The translations under genes were made by a program, and so were the position numbers. The notes under the pieces are model-generated. The model made no database searches. It was not told where the DNA came from and was given only the letters and a program-made list of their open reading frames with translations. Positions 10,475-21,923 of a stretch of 38,147 bases of DNA are shown here, one piece after another. Position 1 is the first letter of the stretch. Every line of letters starts with the position of its first letter. This DNA is from Dicyema japonicum (taxonomy: Eukaryota; Animalia; Dicyemida): positions 25,135-63,281 of the forward strand of contig RDEW01000088.1 in the NCBI GenBank assembly GCA_011109175.1, given 5' to 3'.

Positions 10475-12902
10475 CAGTGTTCCTCTAAGCAGCGTGCGTG
10501 CGCGGCGCGCAGCAGAAATTTTTTTCTGCGCAGTAGAAAGTATAAAATTAAAAATTGCTATAATTTTTTTAATTGTTTTATATGAATTTATATATTCTTA
10601 TTTTCATTTCAAAACGAAAACGTGTCGATAATATTGATATGAGACTTAAGAAAAATTCTGCTTCTTTTAAGCCGGAATGGTTGATAGAGTACATCGAAAC
10701 CTTAACACCAGATTTAAAAATTCCCCAGCATGTGCAATTGGGGGCGATCTTGCATTTTAGCGCCCTAAAATTTAAAATGAACAATTTCTACTAAATTTTG
10801 AATTTTAATTTTATTGTTATATTTTTTTATAAATTATTAAAAATTAAAAGTATAATTTTCATAATTGTAACATAAATGTCACGTGGAAGACCTGCTGCTT
10901 CGGTATATAGAAACAACTCTGCCCACTTCAGACTTGTGACTTTGGACATTTCACATCGTGATTATGTCCACATGTCATTGATCATTCGTGATGCTGTCAA
11001 TTGGTTTGCCAAATATCGGTTGATACTAAAACTTGATGGTCTGCAGTTTTTGTGGAGAAAATTGCACCCTTGTTGCATACAATAAAGGATTTGACAAGCT
11101 TAGATGAAGGTGCAAAGTGTATAAATCAATACGGGATCGGAGTTTTTTCTCTAAAAGCCATCTTACGTTAATCCAATTACTGGACTTTACATTCTATGCG
11201 GCACATGATGTGGATCTTTCAATGTGCGCATTGATGTCAAATTGCAGTGCCTCTCATACCTCTGTGGATTGGAGGAGTTTTCTTCGAGATGTATGCTATA
11301 AATGGGTAGATGACCATCCTGCTTCTCTTCGAGGAATTGACCCAGATACAACGTGCCAATCTATGTTGAAGTAGATGACACAAAGTATTTTTCATCGAAA
11401 ATATGCACAGGGAACGTGGCATGAGGGTCATTGGGTGGTCGGGGGAAAAGAGAGGGGTAATCCAAGAAACATTTTTTTGTCCGAAGTACCAACTGTCTGA
11501 GTTTGAGTGGAGATGGAGAAATGATACGTATCGTTGTGGGGCCGGAAAGCTTTTCAGAAAATTTTAATTGCTATAAACGAACAATATTCCTTTCAATAAT
11601 TTGATTTTAATTGTTTCTAGTGTTATTTTTTAACTTTTTGTCATTGAAAATATGCTTTCTGTTTTAGAGTTATACAATTTAGGGTTGACGCAGTATTATC
11701 ATATTTTGTAAAATGTTAATAATTTATAAAAAAAATATAACAATAAAAATTAAAATTCAAAATTTAGTAGAAATTGATCTTTTTAGATTTTAGGGCGCTA
11801 AAATGCAAGATCGCCCAATTGGGTGATATTTTTAGTTTTTCCGAAGACTGCGGAGTTGTTTGTAAAATATGTGCCGACACTAAAAGCGAGTTGTGATTTT
11901 GCGAGTTGAAAAACCTGGGATATATGGAAATTGGATTATCTGAAGAGACATATTACCCATAAAATTCATTCAGATTCAATAATAAAATTAAGAAGAATTC
12001 GAGCAGGAACTGGAATCAGCTGCTTGCTCACAGAGTCTAAGGATGACCGACAGATGAGATTCAAAATGAGTGATCGTGCACGAGTAAAATTGAACAAGTG
12101 AAAATTCTCATTGACAATGTTATTTTGGCTTTCTCCATGAATGCTTCATTACTTTCTGTTATGAGTATACATGATCACATGGCAAAATATGTAGAACTTC
12201 CTGATAGCTGGCGAAGTAAAAATTATGCATTTGAGTTTGTTGAATGCATCGACTATGTAGTCAAAGAGATATGTATGCAGGAAATTAGAGAGTCTCGGTT
12301 CCATACACTCATTGTAGACGAAAGCACAGATATATCCGTAACAAAAATGCTTATTATATGTATTAAATGTCGTCCTGCGGAGACAAATTATCACAAAACA
12401 GTTTTTGCTAGCATAATGAAACTTACAAGTTGTGACAGTAAATCTATTTTCATTGCAATCAAGAAATTCTACATGACGAACAATCTTGATTTTCAAAAGA
12501 TGGTAATGTTACATCAGATGGGCATCCGTTATGCTAGGGAGAAGAAATGGGTGGCATCACTGATCCGTGCTGAGGTTCCTCATCTTACTGAACAACATTG
12601 CGTCGTTCACACAACAAACGAAACTTCGTAATAGACTTGAGATTGACCATTGGAGATGATCATGCGAATCAAGTTCTATTTAACAAGTGGGCATACAGTG
12701 GATCTTGATCGAGTATACAAATTTTGGATACAAAATAAAAACAGAAGAGAATATCCAATTGACTAGACCTATTTTTTTTAACCATTGGTTTTTTAGTTGT
12801 AAAATTTTCCCCCCTAAAATTTTTTGCACACGTCACTTTATAACGCTCCACAATGCAGTGTGCCCAGCGCGCATAGCTACCACTCGCTTAGAGGGAACAC
12901 TG
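10475..12902 (+). mobile_element. ZNF862/Tip100-like hAT transposon, internally deleted
   Basis: TIR CAGTGTT(C)CCTCTAAGC at both ends; perfect 8-bp TSD CTCATGAT (10467-10474, 12903-12910); TTF-like zinc finger (FKPEW...CKIC...LKRH...H), IVDESTDIS, HCVVH, C-terminal NRLEIDH. Confidence 0.93.
10743..11815 (+). mobile_element. Merlin (IS1016/ISXO2-like) DNA transposon, internally deleted
   Basis: ~100-bp TIRs starting GGCGATCTTGCATTTTAGCGCCCTAAAA; 8-bp TSD CAATTGGG (10735-10742, 11816-11823); VDWRSFLRDVC, VEVDDTKYFHRKY...WVVGGKER, LSEFEWR. Confidence 0.92.
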
Positions 12903-13764
12903 CTCATGATGTCCCTGAGGGATATAGGCCCATTTCCTTGCTTCCCGCTGTATCTAAAATCTTAGAAAGATCATGCACCGAAGGCTCCTGGAGGAGCTGA
13001 TGGTGGCGGATTGCCCTCCCGAGTTCCAATGGGCTTTAGGGAGGTTGTTCATGCGGCGACTGCTTGTGGAAAATGTCTTCCGAAATGAAGAACGCCCTCC
13101 AGAAAAGGAGTGTGGTATGTTAGTTAGTCCTGACATAGAAAAGGCCCTCGACTCGGTGTGGCACGACGGCCTGCGGAGTTCCTCGCCACGTGTGGGGTTC
13201 TCCGTGTCTAAGGCGCTGGCTGTCGGGTTCTTTGAATCTCGCGGACAAGTCGTGCGGCACCTGGGGCTATTTTCTAAAGTCGCAACAGTCCTTCGCGGGT
13301 CCCTCAGGGCTCTGTACTGAGTCCCACACTTTTCAATGTCTTTATGGCTTCTGCGCCTATGCCAGTCAATGCTCGTACTGAAATGATGATCTATCCAGAC
13401 GACATTATCCTCTGGATCACTCGATGAAACCCGAGTGTGCGTCTCGTAGGCTACAGGTTGCTGTGGATGGACTTGTAAACTGGTGTGGGAGTAGGGGTCT
13501 AAAGATATGTGCGGACAAGTGCAGTGTCCTTAATATCTGTAAAAGGACGAGGGTTACACTAATTTTATCCCTGAGCGGTCAGCAATCGCTGTATTTTATC
13601 GATGACTTACTTTGGCGTGCTCTTCAAGCACTCCTAACAGCCTCTCTAATTAATTTAAAATAAAAAATTTTGCTTGAAAATGTTTGCTTGCTTGCTTATT
13701 TTCTCTTAATAACCCTTCTATAATTTTGATGAAATGGAAAAATAGTCCAAAAAGAGAAACAAAC

Positions 13765-13885
13765 TAGATTTGCGAGTATTGCTAGGGAACGGTTAGATCC
13801 CGGCCAAGCGGATAGTTTGCGCGCTGCCGCGCACGATTGTAACCCAGATCCTCTGTCTCAGCCAAGAGGATTCGTGTGCGCGTGC
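13765..13885 (-). mobile_element. 3' fragment of a CRE-clade element (same family as 4540-4920)
   Basis: ESSWLRQRIWVTIVRGSAQTIRLAGI*; aligns by eye at nucleotide level with the reverse complement of ~4730-4835. Confidence 0.8.
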
Positions 13886-14191
13886 CGATTGAGATTAGAT
13901 ACTTATTGCANACTATCCTGTTCTTGCGAATAGCTTTAGAAATTTTCTCCGCATATAAATGATACTTCCTTATTTTTTTAAATATTATTCATTGTATTTC
14001 AAAAAGGCGAATTGATTAGCCCTCCTTTAAATTTGTTCAATCGATTTACCAAATTGAAAAAAACATATATTAACAAGATCATGATCGTCTTATTTACGAT
14101 CTAGGCCAATTTAAAAATTGGCTAATTTGCGAGGTGGCCAATTTGCGCGGGCCACGTGTATTAACATGATTATCTTATTTCAAATGATCTA

Positions 14192-14387
14192 ATAATAATA
14201 ATAATAGCGGCACGTCCGCGAAGACAGAGGCACGCATGTACCTGAGCCTTCACTTGTGCCAGCCACACAAGAACAAGAGCAAGAGAGAACAAGTAACTAT
14301 TAATTCTAATTAATCTGAGGTGTGAGAGTTTTCTCTTGTCTTTTTAACTGTTCTTTTGTTGGCGTGTGGCTGAAGAAGACGATGATC
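14192..14387 (-). mobile_element. 196-bp SINE-like or truncated retroposon insert
   Basis: Flanked by a 13-bp direct repeat TTCAAATGATCTA (14179-14191, 14388-14400); (TAT)n tail on the minus strand; no ORF. Confidence 0.5.
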
Positions 14388-14403
14388 TTCAAATGATCTA
14401 GAG

Positions 14404-15260
14404 CAGTGTTTTTCAAACTAGGGTCCTTTTTGAACCGCAGAACAATCTTTCGTATTTTATCTTAGTCTAATTTTATATATTTTTTAAAATTATTCCAAAA
14501 ATATTTCATCGGGCTGAAAACCACTTATCAAATCAGTATGAAAATTGCTTCTGCAAAGAAATCCCAAAGCATCGGAGAGCAATTGATAATACCTTGCTGC
14601 AGAGATATCATTTCGAACATGCTAGGAAGTTCTGAACTTCATATTCGGAAGAATATCTCACTTTCAAATGATATTGTTAGTAGACGAATAAATGATCTCT
14701 CTTGAGAATATTTTGTCAGTTGTAATTGACAAGATTAAAAATTCAATGTTCCAATTTTTTGCTATCCAAATTGATGAATGCACGGATATCACAACTTAGC
14801 TCAATTATGTGTTTATGTTCGTTATCATGATAAGCACTTTGAAGATGAATTCTTGTTTTGTGAAACTCTCAGCACTATACAACCGCCAAGGATATATTTG
14901 ATAAACTTGACAGATTTTTGCAAGGGCATGTCATTAATTCGAGTAATTTAATTGGTGTGTACGGACGGCGCACCAGTAAGGTTTGGTTGCCGTTCCGGAT
15001 TTCAAACATTACTCAAGGAAAAATCTCCAAATTCTATTGGCATATATTGCATAATCACCGTCATGCATTGATGATGAAAACGATGCCTGATGATTTAAAA
15101 AATTTCATGAATATCATAAAAAAAACGATAAACTATATTAAAGCCAAAGCACTCAATTCGAATCTATTTGCTGAATTATGCAAAGAAAAACGACACTGAA
15201 TGTGAGACTCTTTTGTTGCATTCAGATGTGTGATGGTTTTCAAAAGGAAAAGATTAAAGA
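14404..15260 (+). mobile_element. Buster-type hAT, 5' half (3' end not found)
   Basis: atcTAgag then CAGTGTTTTTCAAACT; IGEQLIIPC, SLSNDIVSRRI, IQIDECTD, DEFLFC, VCTDGAP; many stops and frameshifts. Confidence 0.85.
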
Positions 15261-15416
15261 GAGCATTTATACTAGGCAACAAGTTCATCCATCTCATTAG
15301 TTACAACTGTTTAATTTATTACTAATTTTTGTTTTTTTTAATGTTAATGAAGGACCGAAAGCAATAAAAAATAAAAAAAGGATCTAGACTCTAGATTCTA
15401 GAGCCATGCACTAGTC

Positions 15417-16389
15417 CAGTTGTACTCAAACTGGGTACGCGTATCCCTAGTGGTATGCGAGATTCAGTAGGGGGTACGCGAAAATAGAACGATAATTATC
15501 TCAACTATGAATTTTATTTCATGATTAAAAACGGTTCGAAACATCCGCTGTGAATTATTTATCTCAGGGTTCTTGCCTCTGTATTCATAAAGCCTTCAAT
15601 ACTTTCTTGGAATCAAGTTTATAATCACCCTTAAAGTATTGGAGAACGAAATTGAAAAATATATACCTGAAATTAATCAAGTTGATCTTAAGCTTTTTAT
15701 CAATTCTTTTTCCGTAAAAGTTTATGATTTACCTTCAAATATCCAAGAAAAATTTATTGAATTAATAAATTCTTACGAGTCAAAAAACTTATTCGAATCT
15801 GCACCATTAATTAAATTTTGGTGTAAAAATGATATCAAAATATCAAAACATTGGATTATATACACTAGATGTAATAAGAGCTAATGGAGGACATACTAGA
15901 TATTAAATAAATTTGTTCATTTTTTGGGTTCTGAATTATCAATGAATGAAAAACCGCATAAATATAATATTTTATAGAAAAACTAAAAAATAAACAATAC
16001 TTTATTTAATGTTTAAAATCAATATAAGTTATTTTTTAGATATTATTTCATAGTAAATTCGTGAGAAAATGGTTGTTCAGTTTTTATTTTTGTTCACTGT
16101 ATAATCGATTTTTTGCTTTTTTTCCAACAACATATCTCTGCAAACAAGGATTTTCATCATTATTCATTTTAAAATCAATCCATCGTGCGAGACTAAATGT
16201 TAAGGATAATGTTAATACATGTTTTTCATCAAAGGATCCAGAAATAAAAAGATTAGTCGTTGATAAACAACATTATATACCTCATGAATTGAATAATTTT
16301 TTTCATCAATTTTTAAAGAATCGTTAAGGGTACGCGAAATTTTTTTTTATGTCAAGGGGTACACGAGGCAAAAAATTTTAAACCCACTG
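15417..16389 (+). mobile_element. Buster-type hAT deletion derivative (C-terminal transposase only)
   Basis: Perfect 8-bp TSD CACTAGTC (15409-15416, 16390-16397); imperfect CAGT... TIRs with GGGTACGCG subterminal motifs; FPTTYLCKQGFSSL...RARLNVKD. Confidence 0.9.
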
Positions 16390-17234
16390 CACTAGTCTAT
16401 ATTCAAAGTCATTGATTAGTGCGGATTGGTTACTAAATACCGCAACGGTTACTAAAGGAAATTTGGCGCAAATAAGTCTTATATAAACTCAAATGTTCGT
16501 TGGAGGACTTTGGAAAGTATCTCGTTTGACGTTCATCGATCCAGTCCTTTCCTGACATTTATAAATCAAGATTGAGATTATTTCATTGAGAAAATAAATC
16601 TATAAAATTAATTAAATGCATAAGTATTAATCTATAAAATTACAAGATAAACGACAGACACTACTTTTACTGAATTAAAAATAGGAATTCTCTATTTACA
16701 CTTATTTATTAGCTGAGTTTGATATAAATTTAATCATCGTTTCTAAATCCGTTTATATAAGCTGATTTCTACTACAGTTCTTAATTAACAAATATAAATT
16801 AAAAACCAAAGAAGTAAATTAAAAGTTTAGAAAAAATGAAATCAAATTAAGACGTTGAATCATTGAAATCTGGATCTCGTGCGAATAAAATCATTATTGG
16901 CTATGTCATATGAATCTATGATTTTGAGTATTTATATGCATTCCATACTTTCTAACTCATCATCTAAAAATGAATCTTCTAAATGTATTTCAGCATTTTC
17001 TCTAGTCAATCTATAAATATCAAATACAANTAATTTTAAATGATTTTAATAATAGTTTAAATTATTTATTCGTTTTTAAATTAATTGATTTTTATAATTA
17101 TTTTATTTATACGTTTTCATTTACTCTCTTGTTGTCATTTAATCTGTCAATGCTAAGGCTTACTTTTTACACTTATTTGACTATTTATAGAGTATCAAAT
17201 CATTATAAAATATTAATTATCAAATAGATCACAG

Positions 17235-17909
17235 ATGGTCGACAAAACAGCAACGAAAAACCGAATAGTAACCCTCAAATATCAATCAAATTAAGGTCTA
17301 TAAAAAACCAATCTCGAAACCACCCCAAATCATGCCTGAACAGGAAATTCCGAAGATCGAGACCTTCTCTGAATCAGCCAAACAATCAGCAGTCCCCTCT
17401 AACCTTGTTGTCCGCCAAAACTACGACCCAAAGCGTAAATTCCCTGTTTTCATCCACATAGAGAACAGATCCCGTAAAATGTCTAACAACGTGACCTTAA
17501 TTTCCCCACTGACCAACAAACGTATCACGGAAGTGTCCCATCACCTCAAAATAAGTATGAAAGTGGAGAGGAGGTTTAGATCTATTGACAAATACGTGGA
17601 AAGAGGAGAAGGAGAAGTACATTCAGGACAGAAAACGGATTGGCCAAGTATTTGCCACGGGAGACGACATGCATCACGCTCTTCAGTTCATTGCTGAACG
17701 ACGGTCGGATATTTTTGGGTTTGGGAGTGAGGAGACGATCATTGGGAAGAGGGTTTGGCAGATGTGATGTATTTTAGATGACTGAGGGTGCAAAGAGTGC
17801 TGATGTGTTGGTGTTTTGTATTTATATTAACAGGGTCACTGTCACCACCAAACGGGAGAAGATTGGGCCTTGTCCTCTCCCTCCTTCCAAGAGAATTAGA
17901 TATGATTGA
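17235..17909 (+). CDS. SF3A1: Splicing factor SF3A1/Prp21-like, middle (PRP21-like-P) region only; 6 exons, ~180 aa
   Basis: Exons 17235-17267, 17296-17434, 17462-17554, 17580-17752, 17778-17806, 17834-17909 (introns 28/27/25/25/27 nt). Product VVRQNYDPK...LISPLTNKRI...HLKINLLTNTW...AERRSDIFGFGSEETIIGKR matches human VRKDYDPK...LVSPITGEKI...HMRIGLLDPRW...AERRTDIFGVEETAIGKK. Start codon and last intron less certain. Confidence 0.85.
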
Positions 17910-17957
17910 TTCATTTTTGTTAAATTTTTTGTTAGTGTTTTTACTTTTTCTTATGAT

Positions 17958-18200
17958 TTAGGACCTAAATCCGCGCACACCGTTTGACAACCTCTGATTT
18001 AGGTTATTAGGTCTGTACATAATATTTATTCTTGGCAACTCGGCTGTTCTTTAAAACGAGGAGATCAAAACTGGTTTAGTTTTTCGATATAAATACCACA
18101 ATAACTAATGGTACTAATTTATTGGTAATACTCTGACTGATCAGAAGGAATTCATTTTCGGGGTATTTGGGAGTCAGTCGGTTTGCCAGTTGTTCTGAAA
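17958..18200 (-). CDS. Possible 3' exons of an unidentified micro-intron gene
   Basis: FDLLVLKNSRVAKNKYY, a 25-nt GT-AG intron, then RLSNGVRGFRS*. Upstream exon phases could not be reconciled. Confidence 0.25.
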
Positions 18201-18836
18201 AAGTACAGTTTCGAATTGTAGAATTTGATTTAAGTTAAAGACAAGTTGTTTAGAAGCATGCAGAAACAAAATAAACAAAAAATGGCAATTAACTTAGTCA
18301 AATACTCTTCTAAAGGTCAGTTTAGGAGTTGGGAATCACTTTTTCCTAACTTTGATGGTCGAAGTGGGCTACTTTAATGATTTCTGATTCTCTGTGTTTG
18401 ATTTATTTATTGTTTTTGAGGATTAATTTGTATTGCATGTTAGTCTTGGATTTTTGACTGCAGAATATTACGCTGACTATTAAATTCTGAATTGTGTTAG
18501 TAGGGCAGGGAAACGAATTTCCGTTTCCCTAAAGAATAATCATCAATTTCTGAATCGACGATATTTATTTTATTATATAAAATTAATCAATTTAAATTTT
18601 TTCGTTTAAAAAGTTGTGCTTTTTTGTAATTCTGATAAGAATCATTACGGTTTGAGAGAATAAATATAAAATTTTGATAAATTTTCTAAAAATAATTTCG
18701 TGAAATTAATTTTTATATTATATTATTTATAAGTAAATTTTAATAATTTAGTGAGGTTAACCTTTTACATAAACGATTATTTAAGCTCTTAAACTGTAAA
18801 TCAAATTATTTTTCTACTTTTTATTATGAACATTGA

Positions 18837-20023
18837 ATGAGGTCAAACTATCCCATCGAAAACCCTCGTAAATTCAGCGAAAAGATTGCTATGCATACTC
18901 ATAAGCAAAGGCAAGAAATTGCTGAGTTTGATGCAGTAATGCGCGATCTCCACACAGATTTGTATATGGTATTCTTTTTACACGGTTTCTACCGGAAGAA
19001 TATATAAGGCGCTCTATTTAATCACTTTTATGTGCCTGTTCACCTTCCCCTTCCTTATCCCTACTAATTTATGCTTATTTGGCAATTGGATAATCAATTG
19101 ATTGATTATATTTCAATATTCCACAAATCGATTGACCTTTAGTGCGAACTATAACACGCCCTCTTTAGAAGGACTCATCTCAGACTCCTCTGCCAACGAT
19201 CAACTCATTTGACCTGTTCGGTTCACAGGCTGCGAGTTCTTTTCCTACTTATCCAGACATTCAACATGGATTTGACGTTTTATAATGTCAATAATCCACA
19301 GGTTTCCCAAAACAGTGTTCCCGGCAGGAGGAAGCCTGTACACTGTGATTACTATTCGACCGAAAGGTATCATTATTGGCCTAATCCAGGACTCATTCCG
19401 AGCCTTTTCTTCCCAACCTGTCATATGGAAAGGCTTGGTCCTCTCCCAATCCTGGCCAGGATGACAATCAATGTATTCAGGGCTTTAACCAATATTACTC
19501 CAATAACTGGAACCCAAAGTGATTAATCATTTTTCTAATTTAAGGATCCCTCACTACCTTCCCAGGAAATCTGCATTTGAAGACAAATCCGGGACCCCTG
19601 AGGACAATTTTGCATATTACAGACCAGTAGACTTGTGACTAAATCAGCGCAGATTCACGACTCTGGGATATACGAGCCACCCTCGAATACATTTCAGGCA
19701 CATCGACTGCTGAACGAACCATACGAAGAGTACTCAAATTCTCCTCTGGTTAACAAAATAAGACTAAATTGACAGTTTCGTGACTCGGGGGATTATTACT
19801 ATCGTTCTGAAGGAAATCGAGATTCGACTTTCTCGAATGTAAAAATTAAATTTTAATTCGAAAGGACTCGTTTAGACAGAATATGGATATTGACCAATCG
19901 TTTAATTTTTACGGAATAAACGACGATGATTTCCTCAACTCGAGTTTTCCAAGTACGGAGGAGAGTCGGAAAGGGCAGGGAAATATAAGTAGTGCACTGA
20001 TTTTGTGCGTTGTACCTCACTAA
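18837..20023 (+). CDS. CRTC: CREB-regulated transcription coactivator (CRTC/TORC)-like; 8 exons, ~277 aa
   Basis: N-terminus [31 protein letters not shown] matches TORC_N (human [30 protein letters not shown]). Exons 18837-18968, 19169-19276, 19302-19366, 19390-19518, 19545-19626, 19653-19748, 19776-19838, 19865-20023 splice into one open frame. Intron 1 and the last exon are less certain. Confidence 0.85.
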
Positions 20024-21704
20024 TATAGAATATATTATTTTTAATAATTACTTATGTGAATTGTCAATTTTTGTATTTTCCAAGACATTAGAGTAATGTG
20101 CTTAAAGTACAAATCATTAGAGTGACGTCAATCTTAAATTCTTTGCTTTAATTCATTGAGAAATAAACGAATGACGTACTGATTAATAATTTATCTTTTT
20201 TGTTTTGTCGATGTTGGGTTTGATTTGGGAGACAAAAATAACGACTGAATATCCCACTTGAAAAAAATACATATTTTTAAAATAAATGGAATAATTGACG
20301 GCTTTAGGGTATTTCTTATGGCAATTTCGATTCATAGAATGTTTTGACTAATATATGACTTGAAAGAAATAATCATATTTTGTGACATCATTGTTAATAC
20401 TAATCTATGATAAATAGTACGAAAAAGTGTTTAATCTGACATTGTTATAAGGTGATGGCTACTAATTCGAACTATTTGTGAAACTGAATGGAATTCTGGC
20501 CGAAAACCACTTAGGGGGATGGAGGAATTGCCAAAAGCGAAGGAACAGGCATCGGTTAACAAATCCCTAGCGAGACCCTACGAAAACTCACTTGTGACAA
20601 TGTGGGTGGATGTAAACAAGGCATCGTTGGCAATAACTAACTCGTTGAGTGTTTCCTTGTCGGTGTTGATAGTCCTGACTTATTAATCATGCTCAAAGTG
20701 TGGGCGGGAATGTTCTGCCAAACTTATTTCACTGCACGAAATACTAATTTGCTCTGATTAAATTAGAGGCGAATGAGAACGAGAGAAAGCAAGTGTTGCC
20801 AAGCAATAAGGAGAGATATCTTGCGGGCAGCTCTGAAGTGGGGTGAGTAACGTAGTCCATTTAAATGAGTGAATTCTTACTAAGATGAACGAAATCTTGG
20901 GTGGTGGTTCTGGTTTATTTCAAAGGAAGGCTGCCATCCTATTAAAAAGCACGTGGTACACATCTAGGGACCATAAAAAGGTACAGTGGCTCATATTTTC
21001 AATAACATTTTCTTTTCTTTAACATGCCTGTTTTTATTTAATTTTTTCCAAAGGCTAAAAAATTAAACAAGGTTGTCTACATAATAAAACATTAAAAAAT
21101 AATCAAAAATCGAGTTATTTTAAGAAAACTTTGACATTGTAAACAGACAGTCATAAAATCAAATGCTGATTAGTCTTGGGACAAATCCCTTAATACTTTG
21201 TAAAGTATCTTTTATTATCCAAAACTGCATTTAAACGATTTTTGTAATTGCTCACAAGCTTTTTACACGTTTCTATGGAAATTATTTAATTTACGCCACA
21301 CGTGGCTGGTATAATTCTGCCCAAAAATTTCTATCTTCTCATCTGACCAAATAATATTATTTAGAAAGTCGTCGTCTCGAAGTAATTTTTTGGCATATTT
21401 TAACAGTGCACGGACATGTTTCTTAGGAAGCAGCGGAACTTTACGTGGACGACATTTCTTAGGGCTTTTGTAACAATCAGTGAGCATACTGAGGATCCTA
21501 CCTCGCCCAAGTATGTAGAGAGTTGTTTACGAGACAATCTCGGATTATTAAGCACTTTTCGTCTAATTATGGAAATTGATCGAGATGATATTTTTTTCGG
21601 TTGTCCTGATCTTGGCTTATTTTTGGTAGTTTTTAATAATTTCCATTTATTGATAATGTTCCATACTGTACTCTTCGGAATATGAACACTTTCGGAAATT
21701 TTTC

Positions 21705-21763
21705 GGATTGAACCAGATCTCGCGGCACCAAAAGTGCCGCGGCACCCCGGTTGGGAATCGCTG
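21705..21763 (-). mobile_element. Isolated Buster-type hAT end
   Basis: Minus strand reads CAGCGATTCCCAACCGGGGTGCCGCGGCAC; flanked by gttTAaat. Confidence 0.75.
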
Positions 21764-21779
21764 GTTTAAATATACGAAT

Positions 21780-21923
21780 ATTTAATCGTTTAAATAATTG
21801 GCTCAAAGACCCGAGAGAGGGCCTCTGGTTCCGCCAGCGCGTCGGTCTGGCGATCGTTCGCGGCAACGCACACTGGTCCTTGCCGCTGGGCATCCAAATT
21901 AATTCACGTTTTTCTTTTATTTG
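21780..21923 (+). mobile_element. Short 5'-truncated CRE-clade 3' end
   Basis: KDPREGLWFRQRVGLAIVRGNA; flanked by an 11-bp direct repeat AATATACGAAT (21769-21779, 21924-21934). Confidence 0.7.

Larger units (their letters stand above)
9760..13610 (+). mobile_element. Jockey/I-like LINE RT fragment, split by a hAT insertion
   Basis: Removing 10475-12910 rejoins KVAEVILIGKPGRPHD/VPEGYRPISLLPAVSKILER. Downstream: DIEKALDSVWHDGL, GVPQGSVLSPTLFNVF, YPDDIILW. Both ends truncated. Confidence 0.85.

Noticed and set aside
1447-13663. Many 60-200 aa ORFs in the track (e.g. 1447-1662, 6899-7492, 8669-9184, 9935-10369)
   Set aside because: They are antisense or alternate-frame shadows of GC-richer transposon coding sequence.
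14366-14400. Hammerhead ribozyme core (CTGAAGA) suggesting a Penelope-like element
   Set aside because: The GAAA after stem II is absent (TCAAA) and that stretch belongs to the TSD; no stem III found.
16440-17020. Minus-strand exon-like stretches (MSGKDWIDERQ..., LTRENAEIHLEDSFLDDELE...)
   Set aside because: No homology recognised, and they are cut by N17030 and a hAT, so no supported gene model.
20430-20940. Possible minus-strand gene between CRTC and the Tc1
   Set aside because: Partly open frames but no motif, and intron choices are ambiguous.
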